This document shows, in pieces, positions 34,427 to 46,692 of a stretch of DNA of 46,692 bases. Numbering within the stretch: position 1 is the stretch's first letter; every line of letters starts with the position of its first letter. The translations under genes were made by a program, and so were the position numbers. Below the pieces are notes generated by a model. It ran no database searches. It saw nothing but the letters and a program-made list of their open reading frames with translations, and was not told the origin of the DNA. Source of the DNA: Nostocoides sp. (GTDB lineage: Bacteria; Actinomycetota; Actinomycetes; Actinomycetales; Dermatophilaceae); assembly GCA_025929465.1 (NCBI GenBank), contig JAICMC010000001.1, positions 1-46,692 of the forward strand, given 5' to 3'.

Positions 34427-34504
34427 TCAGGGTCAAAGATGCATTACGCTCATGACAATAGACCCCAACGCGTTCAGGAGTCAAAGTGATCTTCGCCCAT
34501 GACA
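34427..34504. promoter_or_regulatory. Duplicated 31-nt operator-like repeat between the EamA and CGNR genes
   Basis: TCAGG-GTCAAAG-ATGCATTA-CGCTCATGACA (34427-34457) and TCAGGAGTCAAAG-TGATCTT-CGCCCATGACA (34474-34504). Confidence 0.65.
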
Positions 34505-35088
34505 CCGAGCTCGCCCTGCAAGCGGCTGCGGCCCTGGTCAACACCTCGCCCGGCGCATCGCTCGGCAGGGGCGAGGCGCTGTCCACCGTGACCGACCTGG
34601 CGGGCTTCCTGCAGACCTGGCGGTGGAGCGGTGGCCGCCCTCCGACCGAGGCCGACCTCACCGAGGTCCGAGCGCTTCGACCCCGGTTGCGCAAGGTCTG
34701 GCACGGCGACGACACGGCGATCGCCGACCTGGTCAACGCCCTGCTCCGCGACGGTCGGGCCCTGCCCCAGGTCGTCGACCACGACGGCTTCGGCTGGCAC
34801 ATCCACGCCACCCGGGACACCGCACCGTGGCCTCAGCGGATGGCGGTGGAGGCGGCCATGGCGCTCGTCGACGTGCTCCGGAACGACGCCGTGGACCGGC
34901 TCCGCACCTGTGCCCGGGACGGCTGCGACGACGTGTTCGTCGACCTCTCGCGCAACCGCTCGCGACGGTTCTGCGACACGACGTGCGGCAACCGCGAGAA
35001 CGTGGCGGCCTACCGGGCCAGCTGGGCCGGGTCCGGCGAGCCCGGCATCGTCGGCACGCCGCCGACACCGGTCAGGCGCGGCCGCTGA
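34486..35088 (+). CDS. CGNR zinc-finger / ABATE domain regulator
   Basis: FAHDTE, LVNT, C..DGC..VFVDLSRNRSRRFC...CGNRENVAAYR. Confidence 0.92.
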   Translation: MIFAHDTELALQAAAALVNTSPGASLGRGEALSTVTDLAGFLQTWRWSGGRPPTEADLTEVRALRPRLRKVWHGDDTAIADLVNALLRDGRALPQVVDHDGFGWHIHATRDTAPWPQRMAVEAAMALVDVLRNDAVDRLRTCARDGCDDVFVDLSRNRSRRFCDTTCGNRENVAAYRASWAGSGEPGIVGTPPTPVRRGR

Positions 35089-36076
35089 ACAGGCTGGTCA
35101 CCGAGCCGTCCTCGAAGACCTCGCGGATGGCCATGCTGATCAGGGGCGCGATGGAGAGCACGGTCAGACCCGGGAACCGGCGCTCCGGCGCGATGGGCAG
35201 CGTGTCGGTGACGACCACCTCAAGCGCACCGCAGCCCTGCAGCCGCTGCGAGGCCGGCTCGGAGAGGATCGCGTGCGTCGCGGCGATGATGACGTCCTTG
35301 GCGCCTTCCTTGAGCAGCGCCTCGCAGGCCTTGGCGACCGTGCCGCCGGTGTCGATCATGTCGTCGACCAGGACGCAGACCCTGCCACGGACGTCACCGA
35401 CGACCCGGTTGGCGATGCTCTCGTTGGGCCGGCTGATGTCGCGCGTCTTGTGGATGAACGCCAGCGGAGCGCCACCCAGCCGGCGGGACCACGACTCGGC
35501 CACCTTGATCCGGCCGGCATCGGGAGAGACGACGGCCATCCGCTCCGACCCGTGCTTGGCGACGACGTGGTCGGCGAGGATCGGCTGGGCGAAGAGGTGG
35601 TCGACCGGACCGTCGAAGAAGCCCTGGATCTGGTCGGTGTGCAGGTCGACCGCCATCAGCCGGTTGGCGCCCGCGACCTTGAACATGTCGGCCACCAGCC
35701 GGGCCGAGATCGGCTCGCGCCCGCGGTGCTTCTTGTCCTGGCGGGCGTACCCGTAGAACGGCAGGACCACGGTGATCCGCTTGGCGCTGGCCCGTTTGAG
35801 CGCGTCGACCATGATGAGGTGCTCCATGATGCACTCGTTGATCGGCGCGGTGTGGCTCTGGATGACGAAGGCGTCGGACCCGCGCACCGACTCCTCGTAG
35901 CGGACGTAGATCTCGCCGTTGGCGAAGTCGTAGGCGCTCGTGGGGACCAGCTCGGTGCCCAGCTGCGCGGCGACCTCCTGCGCCAGCTGGGGGTGAGCGC
36001 GCCCGGAGAAGACCATCAGGTTCTTCTTGTTGGTCTTGCGGATGTTGGCCGACCTGGGCCGTTCACCCTTGCTCAC
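35072..36076 (-). CDS. prs: Ribose-phosphate pyrophosphokinase
   Basis: FANGE, YGYARQDKK, DLHTDQIQGFF, VSPDAG, VDDMIDTGGT. GTG overlaps the glmU stop. Confidence 0.97.
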   Translation of the reverse strand: MSKGERPRSANIRKTNKKNLMVFSGRAHPQLAQEVAAQLGTELVPTSAYDFANGEIYVRYEESVRGSDAFVIQSHTAPINECIMEHLIMVDALKRASAKRITVVLPFYGYARQDKKHRGREPISARLVADMFKVAGANRLMAVDLHTDQIQGFFDGPVDHLFAQPILADHVVAKHGSERMAVVSPDAGRIKVAESWSRRLGGAPLAFIHKTRDISRPNESIANRVVGDVRGRVCVLVDDMIDTGGTVAKACEALLKEGAKDVIIAATHAILSEPASQRLQGCGALEVVVTDTLPIAPERRFPGLTVLSIAPLISMAIREVFEDGSVTSLFSGRA

Positions 36077-37536
36077 GAGGCGCTCTCGCTGTCGGTGTCG
36101 TCGGTATGCCGCTCGCTCGCCTCGGCGGCTGCGGCGGCGGTCTTCGTGCCGGCCCGGGCCCTGGCGACCCACCCGTCGACGTTGCGCTGCCTGCCCCGGG
36201 CGACCGCGATCTGACCGGGCTCGACGTCGCCCTGGAGGGCGGATCCGGCTGCGACGTAAGCGCCGTCGGCGATGTTCACGGGCGAGATGACCACGCTGTT
36301 GGAGCCGACGAAGCTGTTCCGACCCACGGTGGAGTGGTGCTTGTGGACCCCGTCGTAGTTGGCGAAGATCGTGCCGGCCCCGATGTTGGCGCCCTCCCCG
36401 ATCGTGACGTCACCGGCATACGTGAGGTGCGGGACCTTGGCATCCTCGCCGATCCGGGCGTTCTTGGTCTCCACGAAGCCGCCGATCTTGCCCCTGCGTC
36501 CGAGCACGGTGCCGGGGCGCAGGTAGGAGAACGGCCCGACGGTCGCCTCCTCGCCGATCACGGCGAGGAGTGCCTCGGCGCGCCTGACCTCGGCGCCGTC
36601 GCCGACCTCGGTGTCGGTGAGGGTGACCTCCGGACCGATCACGGCACCAGCCCCGATCGTCGTGGCGCCGAGCAGCTGGGTGCCGGGACGGATCGTCGTG
36701 TCCTGTCCGATCGTCACGTCGCTGTCGATCCAGGTGGTCGCGGGGTCGACGATGCTCACCCCGGCCCGCATCCAGGTCTCGCAGAGGCGGCGGTTGAGCT
36801 CCTTGCCGAGGGCCGCGAGCTGGACGCGGTCGTTGACGCCCTCGGTCTGCCACAGGTCGTCCACGACGTGCGCGCGGACCTGGCCCCCGGACTCCCGCGT
36901 GATGGCCAGGACGTCGGTGAGGTACTTCTCACCCTGGACGTTGTCGGTTCCGACCCTGCCCAGCGCGTCGCGGAGGGTGGCCGCGTCGAAGGCGTAGATA
37001 CCCGAGTTGATCTCAGTGATCGCCCGCTGCTCCTCGCTCGCATCCTTCTGCTCCACGATCCCGCAGACCGCCCCGGTGCCGTCGCGCAGGATCCGGCCGT
37101 AGCCCGTCGGGTCCGGGACGTGTGCGGTGACGACGGTGGCAGCGGCGCCGGCGCCGGCGTGGGCCTCGACGAGGGCGAGCAGGGTCCGGCCCTCCAGGAG
37201 CGGCACGTCCCCGTAGGTGACCAGGACGGTGCCCACCAGGTCCGCGGGGAGGGACGCCAGCGCGCACTCGGTGGCGCGGCCGGTGCCCTTGACCTCGTCC
37301 TGGTCGGCGACCACCGCGTCGGGGTCACGATCGAGGACATGGGCGGCGACCAGGTCACGCCCGTGCCGGACGACGACGACGAGGTGCTCGGGATCGGTGG
37401 CCCTGGCTGCGACGATCGCGTGCGCCACCAGGCTCCGACCGGCGATCCGGTGCAGAACCTTGGGGGTCGAGGACTTCATCCGGGTGCCTTCACCGGCGGC
37501 CAGGATGATGACGGCCGCGGGCCTGGTGGGGTTCAC
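36073..37536 (-). CDS. glmU: Bifunctional GlmU
   Basis: ILAAGEGTRMKS, YGDVP, PTGYGRI, EINSG, GVNDR, hexapeptide repeats, NYDG. GTG 37536. Confidence 0.97.
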   Translation of the reverse strand: MNPTRPAAVIILAAGEGTRMKSSTPKVLHRIAGRSLVAHAIVAARATDPEHLVVVVRHGRDLVAAHVLDRDPDAVVADQDEVKGTGRATECALASLPADLVGTVLVTYGDVPLLEGRTLLALVEAHAGAGAAATVVTAHVPDPTGYGRILRDGTGAVCGIVEQKDASEEQRAITEINSGIYAFDAATLRDALGRVGTDNVQGEKYLTDVLAITRESGGQVRAHVVDDLWQTEGVNDRVQLAALGKELNRRLCETWMRAGVSIVDPATTWIDSDVTIGQDTTIRPGTQLLGATTIGAGAVIGPEVTLTDTEVGDGAEVRRAEALLAVIGEEATVGPFSYLRPGTVLGRRGKIGGFVETKNARIGEDAKVPHLTYAGDVTIGEGANIGAGTIFANYDGVHKHHSTVGRNSFVGSNSVVISPVNIADGAYVAAGSALQGDVEPGQIAVARGRQRNVDGWVARARAGTKTAAAAAEASERHTDDTDSESAS

Positions 37537-37688
37537 GCACGCGCTCCCGAGGAGATGGGGGTCGGTCGGACCCGGCAATGTTACTGCCGCTGCGTCGTCG
37601 CTCTCCGCACGCTCCGTCGCCGGTCCCCCCGGGGTTCCGGGCAGGTCGGGAGGCATACTGCGCGTTCGCAGTCCCGCCGCGCGGCCGG

Positions 37689-37767
37689 CTCCCCGGGTAG
37701 GAATCGAACCTACGTCGCTTGTCCTGATTCAAAGTCAGGCGGGCCCTGCCAGCAGACCAACCGGGGA
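37689..37767 (-). tRNA. tRNA-Gln (UUG), atypical D arm and variable region; CCA not encoded
   Basis: TCCCCGG/CCGGGGA acceptor stem, CCTGA-CT TTG AA-TCAGG anticodon arm, GTAGG-TTCGATT-CCTAC T arm; usual position between TetR and glmU. Confidence 0.88.
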
Positions 37768-37883
37768 ACGTGCCCGTCCAAGGCACCGGCCAAGGCTAGT
37801 CGAGGCCGGGGCGCGCGTCGGAGTCCGCGGTCCCGAGTGGCTGGTCCGGTGGGCCGCCTGCCGCACCTTGACATGATGGCCCG

Positions 37884-38546
37884 GTGACCCACGTCCACCC
37901 CCCACCGACGGGCAAGAAGCCCAGCGCACCGTCACGTCCACGGATGACCGGCAAGCAGCGGCGCGAGCAGCTCATCGAGGTGGGCCGGAAACTGTTCGCG
38001 GACAAGGGGTTCGAGGGCACGAGCGTCGAGGAGATCGCCTCCGCTGCCGGCGTGTCCAAGCCCGTGGTCTACGAGCACTTCGGCGGCAAGGAGGGCCTGT
38101 ATGCCGTCGTCGTCGACCGAGAGATCGCAGCGCTGCTCGGCGCGATCACCGCGGCCCTCACCGCCCCGGGCTCCAGCCGGATGCTCCTGGAACGCGCCGC
38201 GCTCGCGCTGCTGGACTACGTCGAGAGCTCCGCGGACGGCTTCCGGATCCTCGTCCGGGACTCCCCACCCGGTCAGACCACCGGCTCCTTCGCCAGCCTG
38301 ATGTCCGATGTGGGCAGCCAGGTCGAGTACATCCTCGTCGACATGTTCAAGCGCCAACGGCTGGACGCCAAGACCGCCCCGCTCTACGCGCAGATGCTCG
38401 TGGGTATGGTCGCCCTCACCGGTCAGTGGTGGCTGGACCAGCGCAAGCTGAAGAAGGCCGATGTTGCCGCACACCTGGTCAACCTGGCCTGGAACGGCCT
38501 GTCCCACCTCGAGACGAAACCGACCATGGCGACGGTCGTCAGCTGA
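37884..38546 (+). CDS. TetR family regulator (conserved next to tRNA-Gln/glmU)
   Basis: RREQLI..FADKGFEGTSVEEIA..AGVSKPVVYEHFGGKEGL. Confidence 0.93.
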   Translation: MTHVHPPPTGKKPSAPSRPRMTGKQRREQLIEVGRKLFADKGFEGTSVEEIASAAGVSKPVVYEHFGGKEGLYAVVVDREIAALLGAITAALTAPGSSRMLLERAALALLDYVESSADGFRILVRDSPPGQTTGSFASLMSDVGSQVEYILVDMFKRQRLDAKTAPLYAQMLVGMVALTGQWWLDQRKLKKADVAAHLVNLAWNGLSHLETKPTMATVVS

Positions 38547-39399
38547 GCTGTCCGGTCTCGGACGGGTCCCCGCCGGCGTCGCGCTCCGTGTACCCGGGGC
38601 TGGACACCTTGTGGCCCACGGCGAAGACCCGGCGGAACCGCAGGATGACACCGACGGCGGTCCGCGGGTAGGCGGCACGGAGGGCTGCGGCATACGGCTC
38701 GATGAAGGCGGCGCGCTCGGCGGGCTCGGTGAGCAGGTCGAGGACGGGCCGCAGCCCGGTGCCGGAGACCCACTCCAGGACCGGGTCCTCCTGCTGCCCG
38801 CTAGGGTCGAGGACCTGCTCGTAGGTCGTCTCCCATGCGTCGACCTCGCAGCCCGCCCCGGCCAGCAGCTGCAGGTAGGTCGCCGGCTCGGCCGAACCGG
38901 CGCGTCGGAGAGCGGCCTCCAGCTCACCTGACCTCTCGTGCCGCTCCGCGACCTCGCGCATCAGCCGGTGCGACGGGGCGGCGAAGTTGCCGGGCACCTG
39001 GAGGGCGAACCAGCCGCCGTCGGCCAGGTCCGCGACCCAGCCCTCGATCAGCCCGAGGTGGCTCGGGACCCACTGGAGGGCGGCGTTGCTGACCACGACG
39101 TCCGGGGCGGCGCCGAGGCTGTCCGAGCGCCAGCCGGACAGGTCCGCCTCGACCCACTCGACCCGGCCCTGGGTGTCCAGGCTCCTCGCTGCCTCCAGCA
39201 TGGACGCGGCGTTGTCGACGCCGACGACCCTGGCCTGTGGCCAGCGCTCCGCGAGCGCGAGGGTCAGCGGTCCGTTGCCGCAGCCGAGGTCCACGACCAG
39301 TCGCGGGTCACCCGCTCCGACCCGGGAGACCAGCTCGAAGAAGGGTCGGTTCCGGTGGTCGGCGAACCGGGCATACAGGGTGGGATCCCATGACGTCAT
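38539..39399 (-). CDS. tam: Trans-aconitate 2-methyltransferase
   Basis: WDPTLYARF..R.RPF, VVDLGCGNG, SNAALQWVP, QVPGNF, DAWETTY, FRRVF. ATG 39399. Confidence 0.92.
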   Translation of the reverse strand: MTSWDPTLYARFADHRNRPFFELVSRVGAGDPRLVVDLGCGNGPLTLALAERWPQARVVGVDNAASMLEAARSLDTQGRVEWVEADLSGWRSDSLGAAPDVVVSNAALQWVPSHLGLIEGWVADLADGGWFALQVPGNFAAPSHRLMREVAERHERSGELEAALRRAGSAEPATYLQLLAGAGCEVDAWETTYEQVLDPSGQQEDPVLEWVSGTGLRPVLDLLTEPAERAAFIEPYAAALRAAYPRTAVGVILRFRRVFAVGHKVSSPGYTERDAGGDPSETGQLS

Positions 39400-39423
39400 G
39401 GCGGCCATCCTGTGGGGCAGGTG

Positions 39424-39437
39424 TCTTGATGTCAAGA
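39424..39437. promoter_or_regulatory. TamR-type palindromic operator
   Basis: TCTTGA-TG-TCAAGA in the divergent tam/MarR intergenic region. Confidence 0.7.
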
Positions 39438-39465
39438 TGCTTGACGGCGGAGGTATCTTGGAGGA

Positions 39466-39984
39466 ATGGCGATCGACCAGGTGACCCCTGACGGCGCGCC
39501 GGACGACGTGGACCGGATCGTCTCGGCATGGCGTCGCGAGCGACCGGATCTGGACGTCACCCCGTTGGAGATCCTCTCTCGCATCTCGCGACTGGCCCGC
39601 CGCCTGGACCGGGCGCGAGGCACCGCCTTCGCCGACCGCGGCCTGGAGACGTGGGAGTTCGACGTGCTGTCCGCCCTGCGACGAGCCGGCGCACCCTACG
39701 AGCTCTCCCCCGGTCAGCTGGTGCTGGAGACCCTGGTGACGAGCGGGACGATGACCAACCGGGTCGACCGGCTGGCCGTCCGGGGGCTCGTCGCGCGCAA
39801 CCCCTCGCGCACCGACCGCCGGGGAGTGCTCGTGCGGCTCACCCCGGCGGGTCTGGCCACCGTCGACGCGGCACTGGGCGACCTGCTCGAGCGCGAGCGC
39901 GACCTGCTGTCCCAGCTGGCCACTGACGAACAGGCAGCGCTCGCCGCCAACCTGCGACGCCTGCTGCACCCCTTCGAGCCCTGA
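39466..39984 (+). CDS. tamR: MarR family regulator (TamR/urate-responsive type)
   Basis: DDVDRIVSAWRRERPDLD, WEFDVLSALRRAG, VTSGTMTNRVDRL, DRRG; divergent from tam. Confidence 0.85.
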   Translation: MAIDQVTPDGAPDDVDRIVSAWRRERPDLDVTPLEILSRISRLARRLDRARGTAFADRGLETWEFDVLSALRRAGAPYELSPGQLVLETLVTSGTMTNRVDRLAVRGLVARNPSRTDRRGVLVRLTPAGLATVDAALGDLLERERDLLSQLATDEQAALAANLRRLLHPFEP

Positions 39985-40064
39985 CCCGCCCCGCTGTCCT
40001 CCCGCCTCCTCCCCCACGCAGGCTCTGCTGGCAGCTACCAGGCCACCCCGCGCAGGGTGCCACG

Positions 40065-41951
<1,887 letters not shown>

Positions 41952-41957
41952 GAGCGG

Positions 41958-42893
41958 TCAGCTGGTCCGGGCGCCGTGCAGCACGTGCGCCCCGTGGACC
42001 GGACCGGACGCCCGGCGCACATCAGGGCACACGCCGGAGGCGGTGAGCGACACGGCCAGGTCGATGCCCGCCTCCTTGTCCTCCACGAGGAAGGCGATCG
42101 TCGGCCCGGAGCCCGACACGATGCCCCCGAGGGCGCCCAGACCCAGCCCCTGCGCGAGCACCTCGCCGAGGTCGGGCCGCAGGGCGAAGGCCGCCTCCTG
42201 CAGGTCGTTCTCCAGGACGGCCGCGAGGGCGTGGGCGTCGCCGGAGCGCAGGGCCGCCATCGTCGCCGGCTTCGGGGCCGGCATCGCCAACGGGCCGGAG
42301 CCCCGGATCCGGTCGCACTCGGCATACACCGCGGGGGTGGAGAGCCCCGCGCCGCTGAGGGCGAAGACCCAGTGGAAGGTGCCGCGGGCGAGGACCGGCG
42401 CGAGCAGCTCGCCCCGACCCGAGCCCATGGCGGTTCCCCCGGCGACGAGGAACGGCACATCGCTGCCCAGCTCGGCCGCGACCTGCTCCAGCTCCTCCTT
42501 GTGCAGGCCGAGGCACCACAGGGCGTCACAGGCCACGAGGGCGCCGGCCGCGTCGGCCGACCCGCCTGCCATCCCCCCCGCGACCGGGATCTTCTTGCGG
42601 ATCGCGATGGCCACCGGGCCGGCGTCGGGTGCGTGCCCGCCCAGCAGGCGAGCCGCCTGCAGGGCCAGGTTGGAGTCGTCGGAGGGCACCTGCCCGGCGA
42701 ACGGTCCGGTGACGCTCACCGACCACTCGGTCGCCGGCTCCACGGTGATCTCGTCATAGAGGCCAACGGCCTGGTAGACGGTCGACAGCGGGTGGTAGCC
42801 GTCCTGGCGCGGCGGACCCACGAGCAGCTCGAGGTTCACCTTTGCCGGCACCCGGACGGTGACCGGTGCAGGCTCGGTCCAGGCCGACGTCAT
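41958..42893 (-). CDS. ispE: 4-diphosphocytidyl-2-C-methyl-D-erythritol kinase
   Basis: PAKVNL, DGYH, KIPVAGGMAGGSADAA, LGSDVPF, NDL, SGSGPT. Confidence 0.96.
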   Translation of the reverse strand: MTSAWTEPAPVTVRVPAKVNLELLVGPPRQDGYHPLSTVYQAVGLYDEITVEPATEWSVSVTGPFAGQVPSDDSNLALQAARLLGGHAPDAGPVAIAIRKKIPVAGGMAGGSADAAGALVACDALWCLGLHKEELEQVAAELGSDVPFLVAGGTAMGSGRGELLAPVLARGTFHWVFALSGAGLSTPAVYAECDRIRGSGPLAMPAPKPATMAALRSGDAHALAAVLENDLQEAAFALRPDLGEVLAQGLGLGALGGIVSGSGPTIAFLVEDKEAGIDLAVSLTASGVCPDVRRASGPVHGAHVLHGARTS

Positions 42894-42902
42894 GCAAGCA
42901 CC

Positions 42903-43766
42903 CTATCCAGCGCGAGCGGCCGCGATCGCCGCGAAGGCCGCGACGCCGAGCTGCTCCCCCCGCGCCGACGGGTCCACTCCCGCCGAGCGCAGGATCTGCT
43001 CGGCTCGCGGAGCCGACCCGGCCCACCCGGCCAGGGCGGCCCGCAGGGTCTTGCGGCGCTGGGCGAAGGCGGCGTCGATGCAGGCGAAGACCTCCTGGCG
43101 GGACGCAGGGGTCGCCGGCGGGTCGCGCCGGACGAGGGAGACCAGGCCGGAGTCGACGTTGGGAACCGGCCAGAACACCGAGCGCGGGACCGTACCGGCC
43201 AGGCTCACCTCGGCATACCAGGCGGCCTTGACGCTCGGGACGCCGTAGGTGCGCGACCCGGGGGGGGCCGCCAGCCGCTCGGCGACCTCGAGCTGGACCA
43301 TCACGAGGACCCGGGTGATCGTCGGGAAGTGCTCGAGCAGGTGCAGGACGACCGGGACGGACACGTTGTAGGGCAGGTTCGCGACGAGGGCCGTGGGCGC
43401 CGGGCCGGGCAGCGTGGTCACCTTCAGCGCGTCCGCGGTGACGACGGACAGCCGCCCGGTATGCCGCGGCGCCAGGTCGGCGACGGTGTCCGGGAGCGCG
43501 GCCCCCAGGGCGGGGTCGACCTCGACCGCCGTGACGTGGCTGACCGCGGGCAGCAGGCCAAGGGTGAGCGATCCCAGGCCGGGCCCGACCTCGAGCACCG
43601 TGTCCGCCTCGTCGAGCTGCGCGACCCGCACGATCCGGCGGACGGTGTTGGCGTCGACGACGAAGTTCTGACCCCACTGCTTGGTGGGCCGGATCCCGAG
43701 CCGGTGCGCCAGCTCCCGGACGAGGCCGGCGCCCAGCAACGCACTCGGCTCGGCAGGTTCCACCAT
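42903..43766 (-). CDS. rsmA: 16S rRNA m6,2A dimethyltransferase KsgA
   Basis: [41 protein letters not shown] 43766. Confidence 0.96.
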   Translation of the reverse strand: MVEPAEPSALLGAGLVRELAHRLGIRPTKQWGQNFVVDANTVRRIVRVAQLDEADTVLEVGPGLGSLTLGLLPAVSHVTAVEVDPALGAALPDTVADLAPRHTGRLSVVTADALKVTTLPGPAPTALVANLPYNVSVPVVLHLLEHFPTITRVLVMVQLEVAERLAAPPGSRTYGVPSVKAAWYAEVSLAGTVPRSVFWPVPNVDSGLVSLVRRDPPATPASRQEVFACIDAAFAQRRKTLRAALAGWAGSAPRAEQILRSAGVDPSARGEQLGVAAFAAIAAARAG

Positions 43767-43819
43767 GGCGGGGAGCCTACCGAGCCGAGTCGGAGTGCTG
43801 CGGGGCGCAGCGGGGGCGG

Positions 43820-45022
<1,203 letters not shown>

Positions 45023-45027
45023 TCACG

Positions 45028-45069
45028 AAAAAAGGAGCGATCGACGCTATGCGGCGTCCGTCGCCCCTT
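45028..45069 (-). terminator. Intrinsic terminator within the rpfB 5' leader (attenuator candidate)
   Basis: RNA AAGGGGCGA-CG-GACGC-cgcaua-GCGUC-GA-UCGCUCC-UUUUUU. Confidence 0.7.
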
Positions 45070-45118
45070 CCAGGAATCCCATCGGCCCGAGCTGTTCCTT
45101 GGCCCGGCCAACGCACCG

Positions 45119-45159
45119 AGCATGCAGGACGGATCCGCAAAAGGTCAAGTTTTGGTAAC
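45119..45159 (-). promoter_or_regulatory. rpfB promoter with an overlapping MtrA/GlnR-like direct repeat
   Basis: TTGACC-N18-CATGCT; GTTAC-N6-TTGAC at 45144-45159. Confidence 0.6.
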
Positions 45160-45235
45160 GACACGATCAGGCTTTCGGCTACCTCGGTCACCGTCAGCCT
45201 CGTGCGCCCCACCCGTCACGCGCCCCCGTGCGAGG

Positions 45236-46102
45236 TCACCACGGGCCGTAGAGCCGCTCGGCGTTGTCCGACAGCGACCTGCACAGGGTCGGTACGGCCA
45301 CCCCGAGGACCCCGGCCATGACCCGCACGGTGAGCGGGATGAGCGACGGGGAGTTCGTGGCCCCCCGCCACGGCGACGGGGTCAGGTAGGGGGCGTCGGT
45401 CTCGACGAGCACCCGGTCCAGGGGGACGACGGACAGGGCGCTGCGCAGGGCCTGGGCGTTCTTGAAGGTGACCGTCCCCGCGAAGGAGAGGTGGTAGCCC
45501 CGGTCGACGCACTCGCGGGCCATGGCCACCTCGCCGGAGAAGCAGTGCAGCACCGTCCTGTCGGGGGCGCCCTCCTCCTGCAGGATGCGCAGCACGTCCG
45601 TGTGGGAGTCGCGGTCGTGGATCTGTAGCGCCTTCCCGAGCCGCTTGGCCAGGTCGATGTGCCAGCGGAACGAGTCCTGTTGCGCTGCAACGCCATCGGC
45701 ACCAGTGCGGACGTAGTCGAGTCCGGTCTCGCCGACGACTCTCACCCTGGGATGGCGGGCCAGTCCCTCGATCTCGGCGTATGCCGCGGGCAGCTCACCG
45801 CGGGCTGCCAGCCGGGGCACCTCGTTGGGGTGCAACGCGACACCGCCCAGCATCCCAGGGTGCCGGTCGACCCGGTCGGCGGTGAACCGCGCCCCAGGCA
45901 GGTCGCAGCCGATCTGCACCACCCGGTCGACCCCCACCGAGGCCGCCCTGGCCAACGCGTCGGCGGTGTCGGTGACCGGGTCGCCGTCCCGGGTGACGTC
46001 CAGATGGGTGTGGTTGTCGACGACCGCGACCGGGAGCGGGTGGGGCAGGTCCGGGACACGTCGCCGGGGGTCGTTCGCGGCCGTGCCACCCGCCGCCGGC
46101 AT
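45236..46102 (-). CDS. tatD: TatD family hydrolase
   Basis: DNHTH, LHPN, VGETGLDY, IHDRDSH, HCFSG, VETDAPYL. Confidence 0.95.
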   Translation of the reverse strand: MPAAGGTAANDPRRRVPDLPHPLPVAVVDNHTHLDVTRDGDPVTDTADALARAASVGVDRVVQIGCDLPGARFTADRVDRHPGMLGGVALHPNEVPRLAARGELPAAYAEIEGLARHPRVRVVGETGLDYVRTGADGVAAQQDSFRWHIDLAKRLGKALQIHDRDSHTDVLRILQEEGAPDRTVLHCFSGEVAMARECVDRGYHLSFAGTVTFKNAQALRSALSVVPLDRVLVETDAPYLTPSPWRGATNSPSLIPLTVRVMAGVLGVAVPTLCRSLSDNAERLYGPW

Positions 46103-46692
46103 CAGCTGGCCGCCGCCCCGCCGAGCTCGTCGTCGACGACCGAGTCGTCGAGCTTGGTGAACACCGCTGTGGGCTTGCTCACAACCGCTCCGACGGTGAC
46201 CGGCCGGGTCGCCCAGCGAGGGGTTCGGGAGTACTCACCGGTGATGACCGGATAGACCGTCCCGTTGTCCAGGTCTGTGACCTCCAGCACGCTCGGCATG
46301 GGCACGAAGAGCCCCTCCCCGCCGAGGACGAGGTGCACCCGGTTGGCCGCGTGCGGCAGGAACGGCGCGAGGATCGTGTTGAGGTCGCTCACGCACTGGA
46401 CGAGGGTGTGCAGCACCGTCCCGAGCCGCTCGCGCTGGTCCTGACCCTTGAGCTTGAACGGCTCGGTGCGGGACACGTAGGCGTTGACCATCCCCACCGC
46501 CTTCATCGCCTCCGCGGTCCCCGCGCGCAGCCGCTGCCGTGCGAGAAGACCGCCGACGGTGTCGAACGCGGTCCGCACGGTCGCCAGCACCTCCTCGTCG
46601 ACCGGCTCGAGGGCGCCCGGTGCGGGAATCCGGCCGAAGCTCCTGTGCACCATCGTCGCCGTGCGGTTGACCAGGTTGCCCCACCCGGCGAC
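46102..46692 (-). CDS. metG: Methionine-tRNA ligase, 3' part (runs off window end)
   Basis: GWGNLVNRTATM, NAYVSRTEPFKLK, LAPFLPH, PTAVFTKLD; TGATG overlap with tatD. Confidence 0.92.
   Translation of the reverse strand, partial: VAGWGNLVNRTATMVHRSFGRIPAPGALEPVDEEVLATVRTAFDTVGGLLARQRLRAGTAEAMKAVGMVNAYVSRTEPFKLKGQDQRERLGTVLHTLVQCVSDLNTILAPFLPHAANRVHLVLGGEGLFVPMPSVLEVTDLDNGTVYPVITGEYSRTPRWATRPVTVGAVVSKPTAVFTKLDDSVVDDELGGAAAS

Noticed and set aside
37657-37883. tRNA-anchored genomic island or att site
   Set aside because: Flanks are the usual glmU and TetR genes; no integrase and no duplicated tRNA 3' end were noticed in the window.

Overview
High-GC actinobacterial chromosome segment; gene order and sequence style suggest Micrococcales/Intrasporangiaceae (inference). 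The right third (31.9-46.7 kb) is the conserved housekeeping block metG(partial)-tatD-rpfB-rsmA-ispE-ABC-F-tamR/tam-TetR-tRNA-Gln-glmU-prs-CGNR/EamA-rplY-pth. The first 130 nt look like the 5' end of mfd. Between pth and the putative mfd lies a ~31 kb, 23-gene locus for a probable heavily sulfated Wzx/Wzy-type surface polysaccharide. It encodes its own PAPS supply and recycling (cysD, cysN, cysQ, a TauE transporter, and an APS kinase fused to a degenerate Sat-like domain), five PAPS-dependent sulfotransferase domains (one fused to a GT2), a priming glycosyltransferase, a PssD/PssE (Alg14/Alg13)-like pair, a flippase, a polymerase, two co-polymerases without kinase motifs, a CE4 deacetylase and a phosphotransferase. 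It also encodes two GH26-like hydrolases (one lipoprotein, one Tat-exported) and two large exported surface proteins. Non-coding highlights: a CCG-AA-CGG palindrome placed 62-63 bp from the -10 box in three cluster promoters, a terminator-containing leader upstream of rpfB, a long stem-closed rplY leader, an atypical tRNA-Gln(UUG), and a duplicated operator-like repeat between the EamA and CGNR genes. No integrase, IS or CRISPR array was seen. All family assignments come from motif recognition by eye; no searches were run.
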